A stretch of 63,896 nt of DNA, filler included, from Octopus bimaculoides (GCF_001194135.2; 7 parts of 7 records of this genome joined end to end with filler, not necessarily neighbours in it); one strand, 5' to 3'; counted from the whole stretch's first letter, positions 1 to 14,900 are shown. The notes: a model not told the origin generated them from the letters alone. Made by a program: numbers and translations.

Positions 1-188
1 CACACACACTCACACACACACACACGCACACACACATATATATATATACATCTCTCATAATTTATCTATCTATCTATCTGTCTGTGTGTCTGTCTGTCTC
101 TCTGTTTCCTTGACCTGTCTCTACCTTTCCATTTGTCTGTCACTCTAACTATCTATCTGTCTATCTATGTGTCTGTCTGTCTGTCTAA

Positions 189-238
<50 letters not shown>

Positions 239-261
239 GTCTATATCTGGCCGACTATCTG

Positions 262-1322
262 CTTATCTCGCCTGTTCAGGACAACTTTCGGGCCGGGACC
301 TATGGACAATCACCAAAGATCTGGAAACATTACCGGTTCAGGATAAGCTCTACAGGCACNNNNNNNNNNNNNNNNNNNNNNNNNNNNNNNNNNNNNNNNN
401 NNNNNNNNNNNNNNNNNNNNNNNNNNNNNNNNNNNNNNNNNNNNNNNNNNNNNNNNNNNNNNNNNNNNNNNNNNNNNNNNNNNNNNNNNNNNNNNNNNNN
501 NNNNNNNNNNNNNNNNNNNNNNNNNNNNNNNNNNNNNNNNNNNNNNNNNNNNNNNNNNNNNNNNNNNNNNNNNNNNNNNNNNNNNNNNNNNNNNNNNNNN
601 NNNNNNNNNNNNNNNNNNNNNNNNNNNNNNNNNNNNNNNNNNNNNNNNNNNNNNNNNNNNNNNNNNNNNNNNNNNNNNNNNNNNNNNNNNNNNNNNNNNN
701 NNNNNNNNNNNNNNNNNNNNNNNNNNNNNNNNNNNNNNNNNNNNNNNNNNNNNNNNNNNNNNNNNNNNNNNNNNNNNNNNNNNNNNNNNNNNNNNNNNNN
801 NNNNNNNNNNNNNATGTGTGCGGTGGACTCGAGTGAAAGGTTTTAGAGACAAAAATTTATCTCTGGCCAATCAATCGCTCATCAAATTTTTCAAGTAACA
901 CTTGAAAAGGAAAGTGAGAATAGAGAGGCAAGTTTTGTCTCGTGGAAGTCTCAATGAAAGATGGGTGAATGAAGCAAAGATGGTGCGTGCGAGTAACGAA
1001 ACAACTTTGAGCATGAACCTGTAAATCGATAAAACAGAGAGAGAGAGAAAGAGAGCACTTTGCACTCATGTATTTATTCTTTCTTTGCCTGAGGTTCCCG
1101 TAGTCTTTTCCGTAGGCTTTTCTTTCCACGGATAAACCTAATCTTGCTGTTTACACTTCAAATTTTTTCTGTGATACACGATCCCTTTTAAACATTTTTT
1201 TTTTCTCACGATCCCTTTCGATTGGAATTTTATTTTTGTCCTTTTTTCCTATTTCCGAAGAGAAAAGCTCTACATTGTATTTTGTCCCTTCTGTGTTCGG
1301 CCCTGTGTGGCTAATAAAGACA
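262..1322 (+). mobile_element. 3' fragment of an L1/Tx1-clade LINE (ORF2 C-terminus and 3' UTR), spanning a gap
   Basis: LPVQDKLYRH (zf-RVT-like segment) lies before the gap. After it reads CVRWTRVKGFRDKNLSL..FFK*HLKRKVRIERQVLS..RWVNEAKM..TLSMNL*, stop at 1022-1024. It ends with ctaataaaga at about 1320. Clade assigned by motif recognition. Confidence 0.6.
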
Positions 1323-1936
1323 CTTATCTATCTATCTATCCATCTATCTATCTATCTATCTATCTATCAGAATATATGTGATATATATATTTACAGTAAT
1401 TTATTACATTTTTCTCATTGTTCTTCAATCCGGATGACTAAAATATATTTTTGAATGGTGTGGACTGTTGCCAAGAGAGCATCGCGGATCTGCCAGACAC
1501 GGCATAACTTAAGCAATGCTGGGCCATGTGTGTGTCTATGAATGTGCCTACACACACACGCACACACACACACAGACATGCACGCGCGTGCGTAAATAAA
1601 CACATACGCGTGTGTATTTGTCTGTGGTTCATATATGCGTATATTACATTGGATATGAAAACACGCGAATACGTGAACAGTCAAGGGAATTATATTTGTG
1701 TATGAATGTATTTCAGTGCATATTTATAAGCCTCATAATTAAATTCATATACGCGTCTATCTATCTATCTATCTGTTTATGTGTCTGTCTGCCTGTCTGT
1801 CTCTTTCTATGAGTTTATGTATGTATGTATGTATGTATGTATATATGTATATATGCATGTATGTATGTATCTATCGCTATAACACACATACACTCAGACA
1901 TGTAAGTCTATATCTATGTGTGTGTGTGTGTGTGAT

Positions 1937-1977
<41 letters not shown>

Positions 1978-2024
1978 TNNNNNNNNNNNNNNNNNNNNNN
2001 NNNNNNNNNNNNNNNNNNNNNNNN

Positions 2025-2087
<63 letters not shown>

Positions 2088-2264
2088 ATGAATCTATGCA
2101 TATGCATATATGTATTAATCGATACACACCCACACAAACGTATATACTTATATATGTATATATGTCCGAAGATGCTTTCACAGTTGAAACATCGTGCATC
2201 TTACACAGAACTTTTAATAAACACATCGTACACAGACGCACACATATACATACTATACATGTTT

Positions 2265-2305
<41 letters not shown>

Positions 2306-2577
2306 TGTGTGTGCATTTATGTATGCGAGTGTTGGTGCATTTCTGTGTATATGTATATATATTATACATATATATACAACCGGGTACACACACACACACC
2401 CGCACACATATATGATTAAGAAGTACTATGTATATAGTATAGTTTTATTAAATTAATTTTGACGGATATCCAAATAAGAAATGCTTTCAGTAACACGCGC
2501 TGATACACACTAATATACCCACGCATATACATACCTACTTGCGTATACTTATACACACACGCTCATACACACATACA

Positions 2578-2620
<43 letters not shown>

Positions 2621-2670
2621 NNNNNNNNNNACATATATATATATATATATACATATATACACATATATAT

Positions 2671-2749
<79 letters not shown>

Positions 2750-3363
2750 TACATATAAATGCATATACATATCTATACCCACACGCATCATGCGTGTATG
2801 CCATTATCGCTATATCTCATTCACTGGTCTCCCCCTCTGTCTGTCCGTCTGTGTCTCTCTCACTCTCTATCAATCTGTCTCTACACGCGCTCACATACGC
2901 ATTCTTACATAAATGTTCGTAGTCATACATACACCACACACATATTTACGCTCATATTTACACATATGCATGCAGATATATATGCACACAGTTACATGAA
3001 TTCCAATACACACATACGTACAATTCGCCAAATATCGGTATTTAGCCATGCAGACATAGAAATCAAAAGCTAGCGAATATATGAAACATGATGGAGTGAG
3101 CCGAAGCTGGGTGGTGAAAGGACTGTGGGTATGGCGAACTATGTAGGGTGATGTGTTGGGTGTCGTGGGTGTGGTGGTCGTGGATGGAGTGAGGGAGGGT
3201 TTAGTGGTAGACATGTGCGAAAATAAACAATGGAATACAATACAAAGCAAACAATAACAGTCAAACAAACAAATAAACTATGCTAAGAAATGATGTATTT
3301 GCTTGATTGAGTGAAATGTATGAATAGTAATGTCTGCTGCTACGTCAACAGCAAAAAGAACTT

Positions 3364-3395
<32 letters not shown>

Positions 3396-4063
3396 CGTGG
3401 TGGTGGTGGTGGTGGTGGTGGNNNNNNNNNNNNNNNNNNNNNNNNNNNNNNNNNNNNNNNNNNNNNNNNNNNNNNNNNNNNNNNNNNNNNNNNNNNNNNN
3501 NNNNNNNNNNNNNNNNNNNNNNNNNNNNNNNNNNNNNNNNNNNNNNNNNNNNNNNNNNNNNNNNNNNNNNNNNNNNNNNNNNNNNNNNNNNNNNNNNNNN
3601 NNNNNNNNNNNNNNGAACAAGAAGTAAAAGAAGAAGAAGATGAAGAAGAAGAAGAAGAAGAAGAAGAAGAAAAAGAAGAAGAAAAAGAAGAAGAAGAAGA
3701 AGAAGAAGAAGAAGAAGAAGAACAACAACAACAACAACAACAACAACAACGGTAATCACGACGACAATAACAAAAACAATACGTGAAACATTAGCAACTG
3801 TGAAAAATTACAACAGTGAAATGAAAGGATAACTACCAGAACAAACAATAATAATAACAATAATTGCCTGACGATCAGCAACAATGAAAACAACCATAAG
3901 AAGGAAACCGGTAAGGAACAATTGTAATAACATCAAAAAGAACATCACCAACAACAGCTAGAATAACTGTAACAAGTACAACAATAATTGTAATAACAAC
4001 AACATTAATAATAGTTATAACCCAACAGCACGAATAACAACAACAGTAACAATTACAAAAAAC

Positions 4064-4375
4064 TGGCTCTCCGTCGGTTACGACGACGAGCGTTCCAGTT
4101 GATATGATCCATGAATTTCCTGTTCGTGAAATTAACATGGATGTGGCTGAACGCTCCACAGACATGCGTACCCCTGACATAGTTCTCAGGGACATTCGGC
4201 GTTATGCAGTGTGACACAGAGTGTGACACAGAAAGCGCAACACTTTGAAAGATTTTGTTAGGAGAGCGGACTGGAGCAACGTGAAATAAAGTGTCTTGCT
4301 GAAAGAAAAAGGCACTCCCGTCAGGAATCGAACTCACGACCTTAACCGAATACTCTAACCGCCTGGTCAATCGTC
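4064..4375 (-). mobile_element. tRNA-derived SINE with a family C-type 3' part
   Basis: Minus-strand head has a B-box-like gtgagttcgattcc, then gacactttatttcacgttgctccagtcc. The 3' part is colinear with 30783-30940. Confidence 0.75.
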
Positions 4376-5748
4376 TTCACAACAGGAACACCAACAGTAA
4401 TAAAAACAACAGTAACAACAAGAGCAATATCATTCTCCTCCTCCCCCTCCTCATCATCATCATCACCATCGTAGTCGTCATCGTCGTCGTCGTCCTCATC
4501 ATCATCCTCCTCATCCTCATCCTCATCATCATCATCATCACCATCGTAGTCGTCATCGTCGTCGTCGTCGTCATCATCATCATCATCATCATCATCAACA
4601 ACAACCACAATAACAACATCTGAAACAACAACTTTAATGATAGCAGGAACACCAGCAGCAATCAAAACACCACCACTAGCAACAGCAACAACTACAACAA
4701 CATGAACAGCAACAGTTGCAGCAGCAGCAGGATCAAAAGGAAAACGCTATCAATAACAGCAGCAGCAAAGACAACAACAACAACAGCAACAACAAGTACA
4801 TCAGTTACAACGAGAGAAGTAACACTAGTAATGACAACGAAAACAATATCAACAACAAAAATCACAATAGCAATTTCCGATAACGTAGTAAACCTTTCTA
4901 CTCAAGGCACAAGGCCTGCAATTTTGGCGGGAAGCGGCTAATCGATTTCATCGACCTCAATATTTTACTGGTACTTATCACGACAGGCAAAGTCGATTTC
5001 GGCGGCATTTGAACTCAGTGGTTGGCAATAGTAACGGCAGATACGATAAAAGCGACATTATTAACAACAATAATAATGACAACGAAAATAGTGATAGCAG
5101 TTAATATAAGGCTTGAGTATTGGAAAGGATTTTACATTTCATGTACGAGTAATTGAGGTTCTCTTAATTCCAGATGAATGCCAAAGGGATTATATTATAT
5201 TCCTTCTCGGGGCGTCTAAAGGTAGAATGATGGTTGTTGAACCTGAACTTAAATTATCCTCTACGGTCACTACATAGCGTTTGGCGTTTGGCATTTGCCC
5301 TGCAGGTGCCACATTTGTAATAACCTGGAGCTCATGCTTGTGCCATATTTTGCTGTTACCTGAGCTATTAATTCAGACTCATTCACAGTGGGCGATAAAG
5401 TGAATGTAACATTCTTAGATGCAACACTGCATCTAAAACTACAAACCACTCAATGTTAGAATATGTAGTAGGGTCCTTAACTAGATAAAAGTACTGAAAC
5501 ACTTTTTCTATGAATCGCTGCAAGATATACAACTAACTACCTATGTGACATATATGGATTATATATGTAATATTATCAGAAACTACCACCACAGCAGCAG
5601 CATATATACATCAATGCGTACATACATAAATACATACACATATAGATGTACTAGACAGTGGATGGAACATACTCAGACACTAGACGGCAATAAACAAGTG
5701 TAATTTGGAGAGCACACTGTGGTGGTCCATTAACTTTAGTTTATACAT

Positions 5749-5803
<55 letters not shown>

Positions 5804-7095
5804 TATATATATATATATATGAATATGAATCAAATCAAGCTAAATCGACTGACTAACTACATTGTCAGAGTTCGGCTCAATCAGAGCTGACCCGGGACTA
5901 ACACAATAGCAACAAATATATAACAACATAGCAAGAATATCAACAAGAAGAAATAACAATAGAAAGAAGCACAATAGAAGCAAGAAAAATAATTAAAGAA
6001 CGGGTTTATTGACACGTATAATCGCACAATTGTTATCTAACATGATTCAATGGGAAGATAGATTGATAAAACATTCAACAATAAAAGCCAGAACAAAGCA
6101 AAAACAACAGCCCATCAAAATCATATAAATGTATAGCAAAAACACATATATATATTCATAGAAAATAATATATATGACAATAAACGAATATTCGTACAAA
6201 AGGATAAAAAAAAACTCACCAACCGAAAATAACAAATAATNNNNNNNNNNNNNNNNNNNNNNNNNNNNNNNNNNNNNNNNNNNNNNNNNNNNNNNNNNNN
6301 NNNNNNNNNNNNNNNNNNNNNNNNNNNNNNNNNNNNNNNNNNNNNNNNNNNNNNNNNNNNNNNNNNNNNNNNNNNNNNNNNNNNNNNNNNNNNNNNNNNN
6401 NNNNNNNNNNNNNNNNNNNNNNNNNNNNNNNNNNNNNNNNNNNNNNNNNNNNNNNNNNNNNNNNNNNNNNNNNNNNNNNNNNNNNNNNNNNNNNNNNNNN
6501 NNNNNNNNNNNNNNNNNNNNNNNNNNNNNNNNNNNNNNNNNNNNNNNNNNNNNNNNNNNNNNNNNNNNNNNNNNNNNNNNNNNNNNNNNNNNNNNNNNNN
6601 NNNNNNNNNNNNNNNNNNNNNNNNNNNNNNNNNNNNNNNNNNNNNNNNNNNNNNNNNNNNNNNNNNNNNNNNNNNNNNNNNNNNNNNNNNNNNNNNNNNN
6701 NNNNNNNNNNNNNNNNNNNNNNNNNNNNATATATATAATGCTAATGCTTGTTTGCTATATATAATATATGTTATATTAAAATAGTTAAGCATTAATTGAA
6801 GGGTTACTCAATACATTAGCGCACTACAATTATTTTTGAAAGGAGAAAGTGTCTTAGAAAGTTTCCCCGGTCGTTGACACACACGCTTACAAACAGACAC
6901 ACACACATACACACACACACAAACACACACAGAAACACACACACTCACACACAAACATATAAATACATCCACATATATATAGATTCACACATACACACAT
7001 ATGTGTATGTGTGATAGAAATGCAAGAATAACCATGTAAATGCTATGAACATCCATATACGTTAAAAAAACGTAAATAACATTATTCAAGAGAAG

Positions 7096-7149
<54 letters not shown>

Positions 7150-7629
7150 GCATATAAATGGCATGATGTATGAGAGGGCTCGCTTTCGCCATGGCTCTTT
7201 TAAACTTTCAACAGTAATTTTAAAGGAATTGGCTCCTCTGAATAGACTTTTGAAGTTTTAATTCGTTATATTAACTGCACACATAAAGAGACATCCACCC
7301 AGACATGTATGTATGTATGTATGTATGTATGTATGTATGTATGTATGTATGCATGTATGTATGCATGAATGCATGTATGTATGTATGTATGCATGCATGC
7401 ATGTATGTATGCATGCATGGTATGTATGTGTGATATGTATGTATGTATGTGTGTATGTATGTGTGATATGTTTGTATGTATGTATGTATGTAAGCGTGTA
7501 TGTATGTTTGTGTATGTAAATATGTGTGTATGTAAATATGTGTGTATGTAAATATGTGTGTATGTAAATATGTGTGTATGTTTGTATTCGAATTGTGCTA
7601 TAGAGGCAGCTCTATTGTAAAAACTGTAT

Positions 7630-8307
7630 CAAAAGAATATACTTAATGAAACAAGACAAGCTGTCTAGTCGAAAGCTGTCTAGTCGAAAGCTGTCTAATC
7701 GAAAGGATTGTTTGATGCACACAAAAGTGTACAAGTGATTCAGACGTTTCCTAGATGGCCGAAAAAATGTCGACATTGACGAACGTTCTGGGAGACCCGG
7801 AACCAGCAGAGCTGAGAAGGACATCGTAGATGTGCATGCTGCTGTGAGGGGAATCCTCCAATCACCATCCGTGAGGTTTCAGAGGATGGGCAGATTAATT
7901 ACGGTTCAGTTCAGTCCATTATCACTGACGATTTGGGTATGAGACATGTGTGTCTGCCAAGTTTCAGCTGATCAGAAATACACTCAGGTTTCAGTTGCAC
8001 AAGATCACCTTGATTGTGTTGAGAACGATAAACACTGATCGAAAACTTTGCGTAGGACTATGAGCAGGTGTCGCCAAGCTTTTGGCAAAATTTGATGCAG
8101 ATTCTTTGCTCATATTTCTCTGTCATGGTCAATGCGACGATCACACACTACACACCTTCCCTCCAAGCACTGTTGTAAGCAGCAGAAGTGAGCTACAGCG
8201 TTAAAACTTAGTGCACATGCACAGCAGAGTACAAGCTGCTTTACCTGCGTGTTTTAGCTTCGTTACTATGACAACAGTTCGGATACTTAATGATCAGACC
8301 ACCTATA
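7630..8307 (+). mobile_element. Internally deleted mariner transposon relic (HTH region plus 3' end)
   Basis: KVYK*FRRFLDGRKNVDIDERSGRP..ITIREVSED..SVQSIITDDLGMRHV is a mariner N-terminal HTH. A mariner-like 3' non-coding end finishes at gatcagaccacctata. A 15-bp unit is repeated three times at about 7658-7705. Confidence 0.8.
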
Positions 8308-8471
8308 GTTGAATTGTAAGTGAGTTAATAACGTTAATTTTTAAATTGAGGTGTGACGGTGGCTGATAACTAACCAGATTTCAAGGGATTTCTCCATAAA
8401 AACTGATCATACATTTGAAACGAAGGGGCCAGATATGATTCTAGAACACACAAACACACACACACACGCAG

Positions 8472-8503
<32 letters not shown>

Positions 8504-8507
8504 ACAC

Positions 8508-8538
<31 letters not shown>

Positions 8539-8929
8539 TATATATACACACACACACATACACACACACACATGCACAGAGGAAGGGCGTTCAGAGTCTC
8601 TCTACTAACTTCACATGGAAGGCTTTGTTTGGCTCGGAGTTGAAGCAGGAGACACTCACCTATGGTGCCGCGCACTGAGTCTGAACTCACAACCGCGTGT
8701 TTGCACAGCCAGTTTCTTAACAAGCCATGCCTGCACCTATGTATGTACACGCACATGCTCTCATGCACGCGTGGATGCTCTCATACATACGTATATATGT
8801 CAAAATTTATAATTGACAGTAGAAAGTACTCAATACAGGGTTACATCAGCTTCTTCACTTAAGCTACATTACTTTTTCATCGACGTGAGTTACTTGCCAG
8901 TACGAACATTCGGCAAAATTATGTATATC

Positions 8930-10025
8930 AAGGTGGCGGGCTGGCAGGATCGTTATCATGCCGGGAAAATTCTTAGCGGTATTTCGTCTGTCTAGTGCTT
9001 TGACTCCAAATACTGTCGAGGTTGACTTTGCCCTTCATCCTTCTGGATCGATAAAATAAGTGCTATTTGAGTACTGAATTCGATGTGATCAACTTATTCC
9101 CTCCATGAAAAGTTACTGGCCTTGTGCCAAAATTTGAAATCAATATTATTTTTCCTCCTAAGGTAGCAAGTTGACAGAATCGTTCGCGCGCCATGTTAAA
9201 TGTTTAGCAGTAATCCTTCCGTCTTCGATTTTGCTTTTCATCCTTTCGGAGGTCGATTATATGAGTACTAGCTGGACGCCGGGGTGGATGCTATCGAAAT
9301 TACCCAGTCTCCCCGAAATTGCTGGCCTTGTGCCAAAATTTGAAGCAAATAATTTTTAACACCTTAAGGCGGTGAGCTGCTTAGTGAAATGCTTAGACGT
9401 ATTTCGTCTGTCGTCACGTTCTGATTTCAAATGACATCGAAGTTGACCTTGCCTTTCAACTTTGCGACATCGATATAATGAGTACCATCTGAGTACTGGG
9501 GTCGATGTAATCGACTTATCCCCTACCCCGAATTTGCTAGCCTTGTGTTAAATTTTGAAATCAGTATTATTTGTCGTCTTACGACTGTGAGCTGCTAGAA
9601 TCCTTAACACGGCGGGGGAAAATGCTTAGCGACATTCCGTGCCTCTTTACGCTCCGAGTTCATATTCCGCCAGAGTCGACTATGCTTCTCATCTTTTCAT
9701 GGTTGATAATATATATACCACTGGTGTCAATGTAATTGACTAGACCCCTCTCCTGAAATTGCTGACCTGTGCCAAATTCTGAAATCAATATTATTTATCG
9801 CCTTACGGCGGCGATCTAGCAGAATCTTTAACACGGTGGGCGAAATGCGTAGCGACATTTCGTCCTTCTTTACGCTCTGAGTTCAAGTTTCACCAGGGTC
9901 AACTTTGCTTCTCATCTTTTCAGGGTTGATAATATATGTACCAGCTGAGAACTAGGGTCGATGCAATTGACTCGACCCCTGTTCCAAAATCGCTGTCTTT
10001 TTGCCAAAATAAGAAACCAATGTTA
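8930..10025 (+). mobile_element. Head-to-tail array of five family B SINEs (~215-225 bp each)
   Basis: Each unit has aaggyggygagct(g/t)gcagaatc..gagttcaaatt..gcctttcatcc..gtcgat..agtacca..ccttgtgccaaaatttgaa and an (ATT)-like tail. Units start at about 8930, 9160, 9363, 9575 and 9800. Confidence 0.85.
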
Positions 10026-10941
10026 TTTATCTTCATATTATTCACACTGATTTGAAATACATTCAAAACGTCTTGTTATTTTGTTTGCTGCTATCGCTTT
10101 TATCACCCAGTTTCGAGATATTATTTTGTAAAGATGCAGCTTATTATTACTTTTTGTTTTATCTCTTTTATTTGCAAATTCATGGACACAATACAAGAGA
10201 GCAATTGTCAGCTGAAATCTGAGAACGAGATAACAATAAAGAAGCAAAAACAACAAAAAACTTCTTAATAGAGGAATAATAATATTTAGAGACAACCGAA
10301 TGGAAACTATGGCACAAAACAATTGACCAGTTCTCAATTTCTGGAAAATTAGATTGTACTACTGGAAAATAATAAAGCTACCGCCTGGAAGTTGCAGCAA
10401 CATGAAATTCGGTGAACGCATACGTATTGTTCCTGTATGGGTATGCATGTGTATGTATGTCTGAATAAAAAAATGCGTATATCTAGGTATGTATGAGCTG
10501 AGGGCTTGTAGTGTAGTAGATAAGGTGTTACACTCACGAATACAAAATCAGGGTCTTGTATCCCGTTTCGTGCATTACGTTGTGCTCTTACGTAAAACAC
10601 TTTATTTCACGTTGCTCTGTGATCCCTTTCGACACATGTTGTGTCACACTGTCATAGATTCGATGGAGGGATTGAGCTCATGCACAGAACAGTCATTTAG
10701 TCATTATGAATAAATCATTTGTGCCGCTTGTTCAGCAACGAAGTGCAAAGTCGAGTGACTTTGTATAAAAATTAATTCATATATACTCTACCTGATGTAT
10801 TGAGTATTTTTTTCATTTTACGTTTAAATGTTTTATAGATATATTGGCGTATGTATGTGTGCGCGTGTGTGTGTGTTTGTGTGTGTTTGTATGTGTGTGT
10901 TTGTGTGTGTGTGTTTGTGTGTGTTTGCGTGTGTGTGTGTT

Positions 10942-11010
<69 letters not shown>

Positions 11011-11060
11011 ATGTGTGTGTGTGCGTGTGTGCGTGTGTGCGTGTGTGTGTGTGTGTGTGT

Positions 11061-11720
11061 ACATGAGGTCAGTCCCAAAAGAATTCGAAATACATTGAAT
11101 ATAAGATGTCTGTTTCAAAATTCTTCATTTCTCACCTTGATACAACATTGTCAACACCTTTAGATCTTGGAGCGGCTTCTAGAACGCATTTTCAAGATTA
11201 GTGGATTGTTTTCGTACAGAGCTTAACACATATCTTCTCTAGAAAATGGATGATTTTCGAGGTGAATTGGATATTGGAGAACAATTAACGAACGCAGCGA
11301 CAAAATACGGAAAGTAAAATATGCGAGCGAGAGGAGTCATCTTTTGTTTAGCTAAAATACTACTGATAACGAGTGACCCGTGAGCATGTCGTGAAAAACC
11401 ACTCAGGTTTTATTTGTTAATTCCTCAGTTTTCATTCTTAGCTCTGGCTAACACGAACGCTGAATGACATGCAAGTGGTCGTCCATCCATGTGAAATAAA
11501 CGCCCATTGGACGCCTTTATAAATTAAATCACCATATTCTACATATTCTGTTATCCTTGCTTTTTTCCCCCGCTTTTTTTTTTTTGTCGTAGAGACGAAG
11601 ATCCAGTTGATTGGCGTCGACTGTTAGTTAGATTCGTTATCAAAGCCATGCATCCAAGTTTTCTCATGCGTCGCGATATATTTTTCATAAATTCTCATCG
11701 TCTGTCAAATGATCAAATAG
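11061..11720 (-). mobile_element. Highly decayed mariner-like relic
   Basis: Begins ta-catgaggtcagtcccaaaag (TA plus mariner-like terminus). Interior resembles the antisense of a mariner catalytic region; no intact frame. Confidence 0.45.
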
Positions 11721-11906
11721 CTCTTGGCTGCCTGTGAAGCGATTATAATTTTGTACATGTTTCAACAGGCACAATACATGCGTGGATACATACATCATGC
11801 ATACACACATATATACAGAGACCCACAAAATATACACATAAGTGCATATATATATTATAGATATATCTATATATACATATATGAGTCTCTATATGTATAT
11901 ATATGT

Positions 11907-11985
<79 letters not shown>

Positions 11986-14900
11986 TATGTGTATGTATGT
12001 ATATCTGTGTCTGCATGTGTGTGCGTGCATGTTGTGTGTGTGCCTGTGATTATACGTGTAGAGCAATCCACACATTTGCTGCTTCTATGTTGTGACATTT
12101 CTTTCTCCATCCATTTGTGAAAATATTTCTATATTAGAAAATCAGCACGTAATTCCCCTATCTCTGCTCCTTTGTATGTGATCAATTATATTGTTCTTGT
12201 AAAGTCATGACAATTGTTCCGCTTATCGGTATGGTACATACAATCCGATAATTTTTGATGAAACATTAACAGCGCACAGGGATGCACACGCACTCACTCA
12301 CACAATACTTATATATATATATATATATATNNNNNNNNNNNNNNNNNNNNNNNNNNNNNNNNNNNNNNNNNNNNNNNNNNNNNNNNNNNNNNNNNNNNNN
12401 NNNNNNNNNNNNNNNNNNNNNNNNNNNNNNNNNNNNNNNNNNNNNNNNNNNNNNNNNNNNNNNNNNNNNNNNNNNNNNNNNNNNNNNNNNNNNNNNNNNN
12501 NNNNNNNNNNNNNNNNNNNNNNNNNNNNNNNNNNNNNNNNNNNNNNNNNNNNNNNNNNNNNNNNNNNNNNNNNNNNNNNNNNNNNNNNNNNNNNNNNNNN
12601 NNNNNNNNNNNNNNNNNNNNNNNNNNNNNNNNNNNNNNNNNNNNNNNNNNNNNNNNNNNNNNNNNNNNNNNNNNNNNNNNNNNNNNNNNNNNNNNNNNNN
12701 NNNNNNNNNNNNNNNNNNNNNNNNNNNNNNNNNNNNNNNNNNNNNNNNNNNNNNNNNNNNNNNNNNNNNNNNNNNNNNNNNNNNNNNNNNNNNNNNNNNN
12801 NNNNNNNNNNNNNNNNNNNNNNNNNNNNNNNNNNNNNNNNNNNNNNNNNNNNNNNNNNNNNNNNNNNNNNNNNNNNNNNNNNNNNNNNNNNNNNNNNNNN
12901 NNNNNNNNNNNNNNNNNNNNNNNNNNNNNNNNNNNNNNNNNNNNNNNNNNNNNNNNNNNNNNNNNNNNNNNNNNNNNNNNNNNNNNNNNNNNNNNNNNNN
13001 NNNNNNNNNNNNNNNNNNNNNNNNNNNNNNNNNNNNNNNNNNNNNNNNNNNNNNNNNNNNNNNNNNNNNNNNNNNNNNNNNNNNNNNNNNNNTATATATA
13101 TATATATATATCTGTATATATATGATGCGACTCGACGCTGTACTGTTCTTTCTTTTCCCCTTTCGTTTTCTCTCTCTTCTATTCTCTAATTCTTTGTTTT
13201 CCTCTTCTCCCTCTTTCATTTTTACTCTCTCATCTTTTCTCTAATTCTTTTTTCTCTCTTTACTGTTTTCTATTTCTCTCTCACTCCCTCTTTCGCTTTT
13301 ACTCTCTCTCGTTACTCACACGGGACTATCGTACATCTTTTCCTCACCTGATCATCTTTCTTTTCCTTCAATCTGTCGTGCAACCCAGACGCATTATTAC
13401 CTGTATCCTCTTCTATCTTTTCTCTTATCAAAGACAATATTCCCCCAGCGTTGGCTACATTACCTCGCCTGGCCCAATGGCCCTCCGAGTTTGTTTTCGT
13501 GTTGTTTGTTGTAAGTTTCCACTGTCCTGTTTTTGTTATCAACTTTAACCCTCGAAAATCCCAAATTTTGGTTCACGGGAAGTCTCATATTGTCGTTAAA
13601 TACTCTAAATAAGGAATAGATAGACAGCCGACAACTGATAAAGGGTCGTTCTTTCTGTTACTTGTCATGTTTTTTATTTGTTACTCTCGTTGTTTGCATA
13701 CCCAAATTTGCATTCGTATTTCATGCGACNNNNNNNNNNNNNNNNNNNNNNNNNNNNNNNNNNNNNNNNNNNNNNNNNNNNNNNNNNNNNNNNNNNNNNN
13801 NNNNNNNNNNNNNNNNNNNNNNNNNNNNNNNNNNNNNNNNNNNNNNNNNNNNNNNNNNNNNNNNNNNNNNNNNNNNNNNNNNNNNNNNNNNNNNNNNNNN
13901 NNNNNNNNNNNNNNNNNNNNNNNNNNNNNNNNNNNNNNNNNNNNNNNNNNNNNNNNNNNNNNNNNNNNNNNNNNNNNNNNNNNNNNNNNNNNNNNNNNNN
14001 NNNNNNNNNNNNNNNNNNNNNNNNNNNNNNNNNNNNNNNNNNNNNNNNNNNNNNNNNNNNNNNNNNNNNNNNNNNNNNNNNNNNNNNNNNNNNNNNNNNN
14101 NNNNNNNNNNNNNNNNNNNNNNNNNNNNNNNNNNNNNNNNNNNNNNNNNNNNNNNNNNNNNNNNNNNNNNNNNNNNNNNNNNNNNNNNNNNNNNNTATGT
14201 ATATATATGTGTATTATCACTCTCTATATGTATGTATGCGTGTATGTATGTATGTATATATGTATGTATGTATGTATGTACGTATGTATGTATGTATGTA
14301 TGTATGTATGTATCTATCTATCTATCTATCTATCTATTTGGTTTCTTAGTTAGGACACACCCAAATACACCCTAACATTTACAGACACCGCTAGATATAT
14401 ACACTAAAATTTGCTGGTACACGCTTACGCATCCAGTACCTTCCCATCTAATAAAGTTTACGATAATTTTCATTTCCACATCTTATCCGTTTTTTGAACG
14501 GATGATACAAATAAATATATGATGCTTATGTTGTTGTTACTGCTGGTGGTGGCGTCTCTGTGGATCTGTTATTTCACGTCAGTTGGCCATTATTAGCAAT
14601 TAATCCTTAGTGAAACATTTTCAAAGAGTGCAGTTGCTCTTTAAATTGCTTTTATCGTTGCTGTTGTTGTCTGTTGCTGATAGTCCACCCTTTGCTTTTA
14701 TGGTAGCTATTGTCGTACAGCTTAGTTTTATTGCTGCTTTTATTAATGTTGCACTTGATGCTATGGCAGCTATTGTATATAGTTATGCTTCTAATTGGTA
14801 CTCATGTTGTGGATTTCGTTTAATTACAGCTAAGTCCTGATCGAGTAAATCTATGATCAAAGACAAAACAACATTGATCCTTATATGTTATATATCTATA

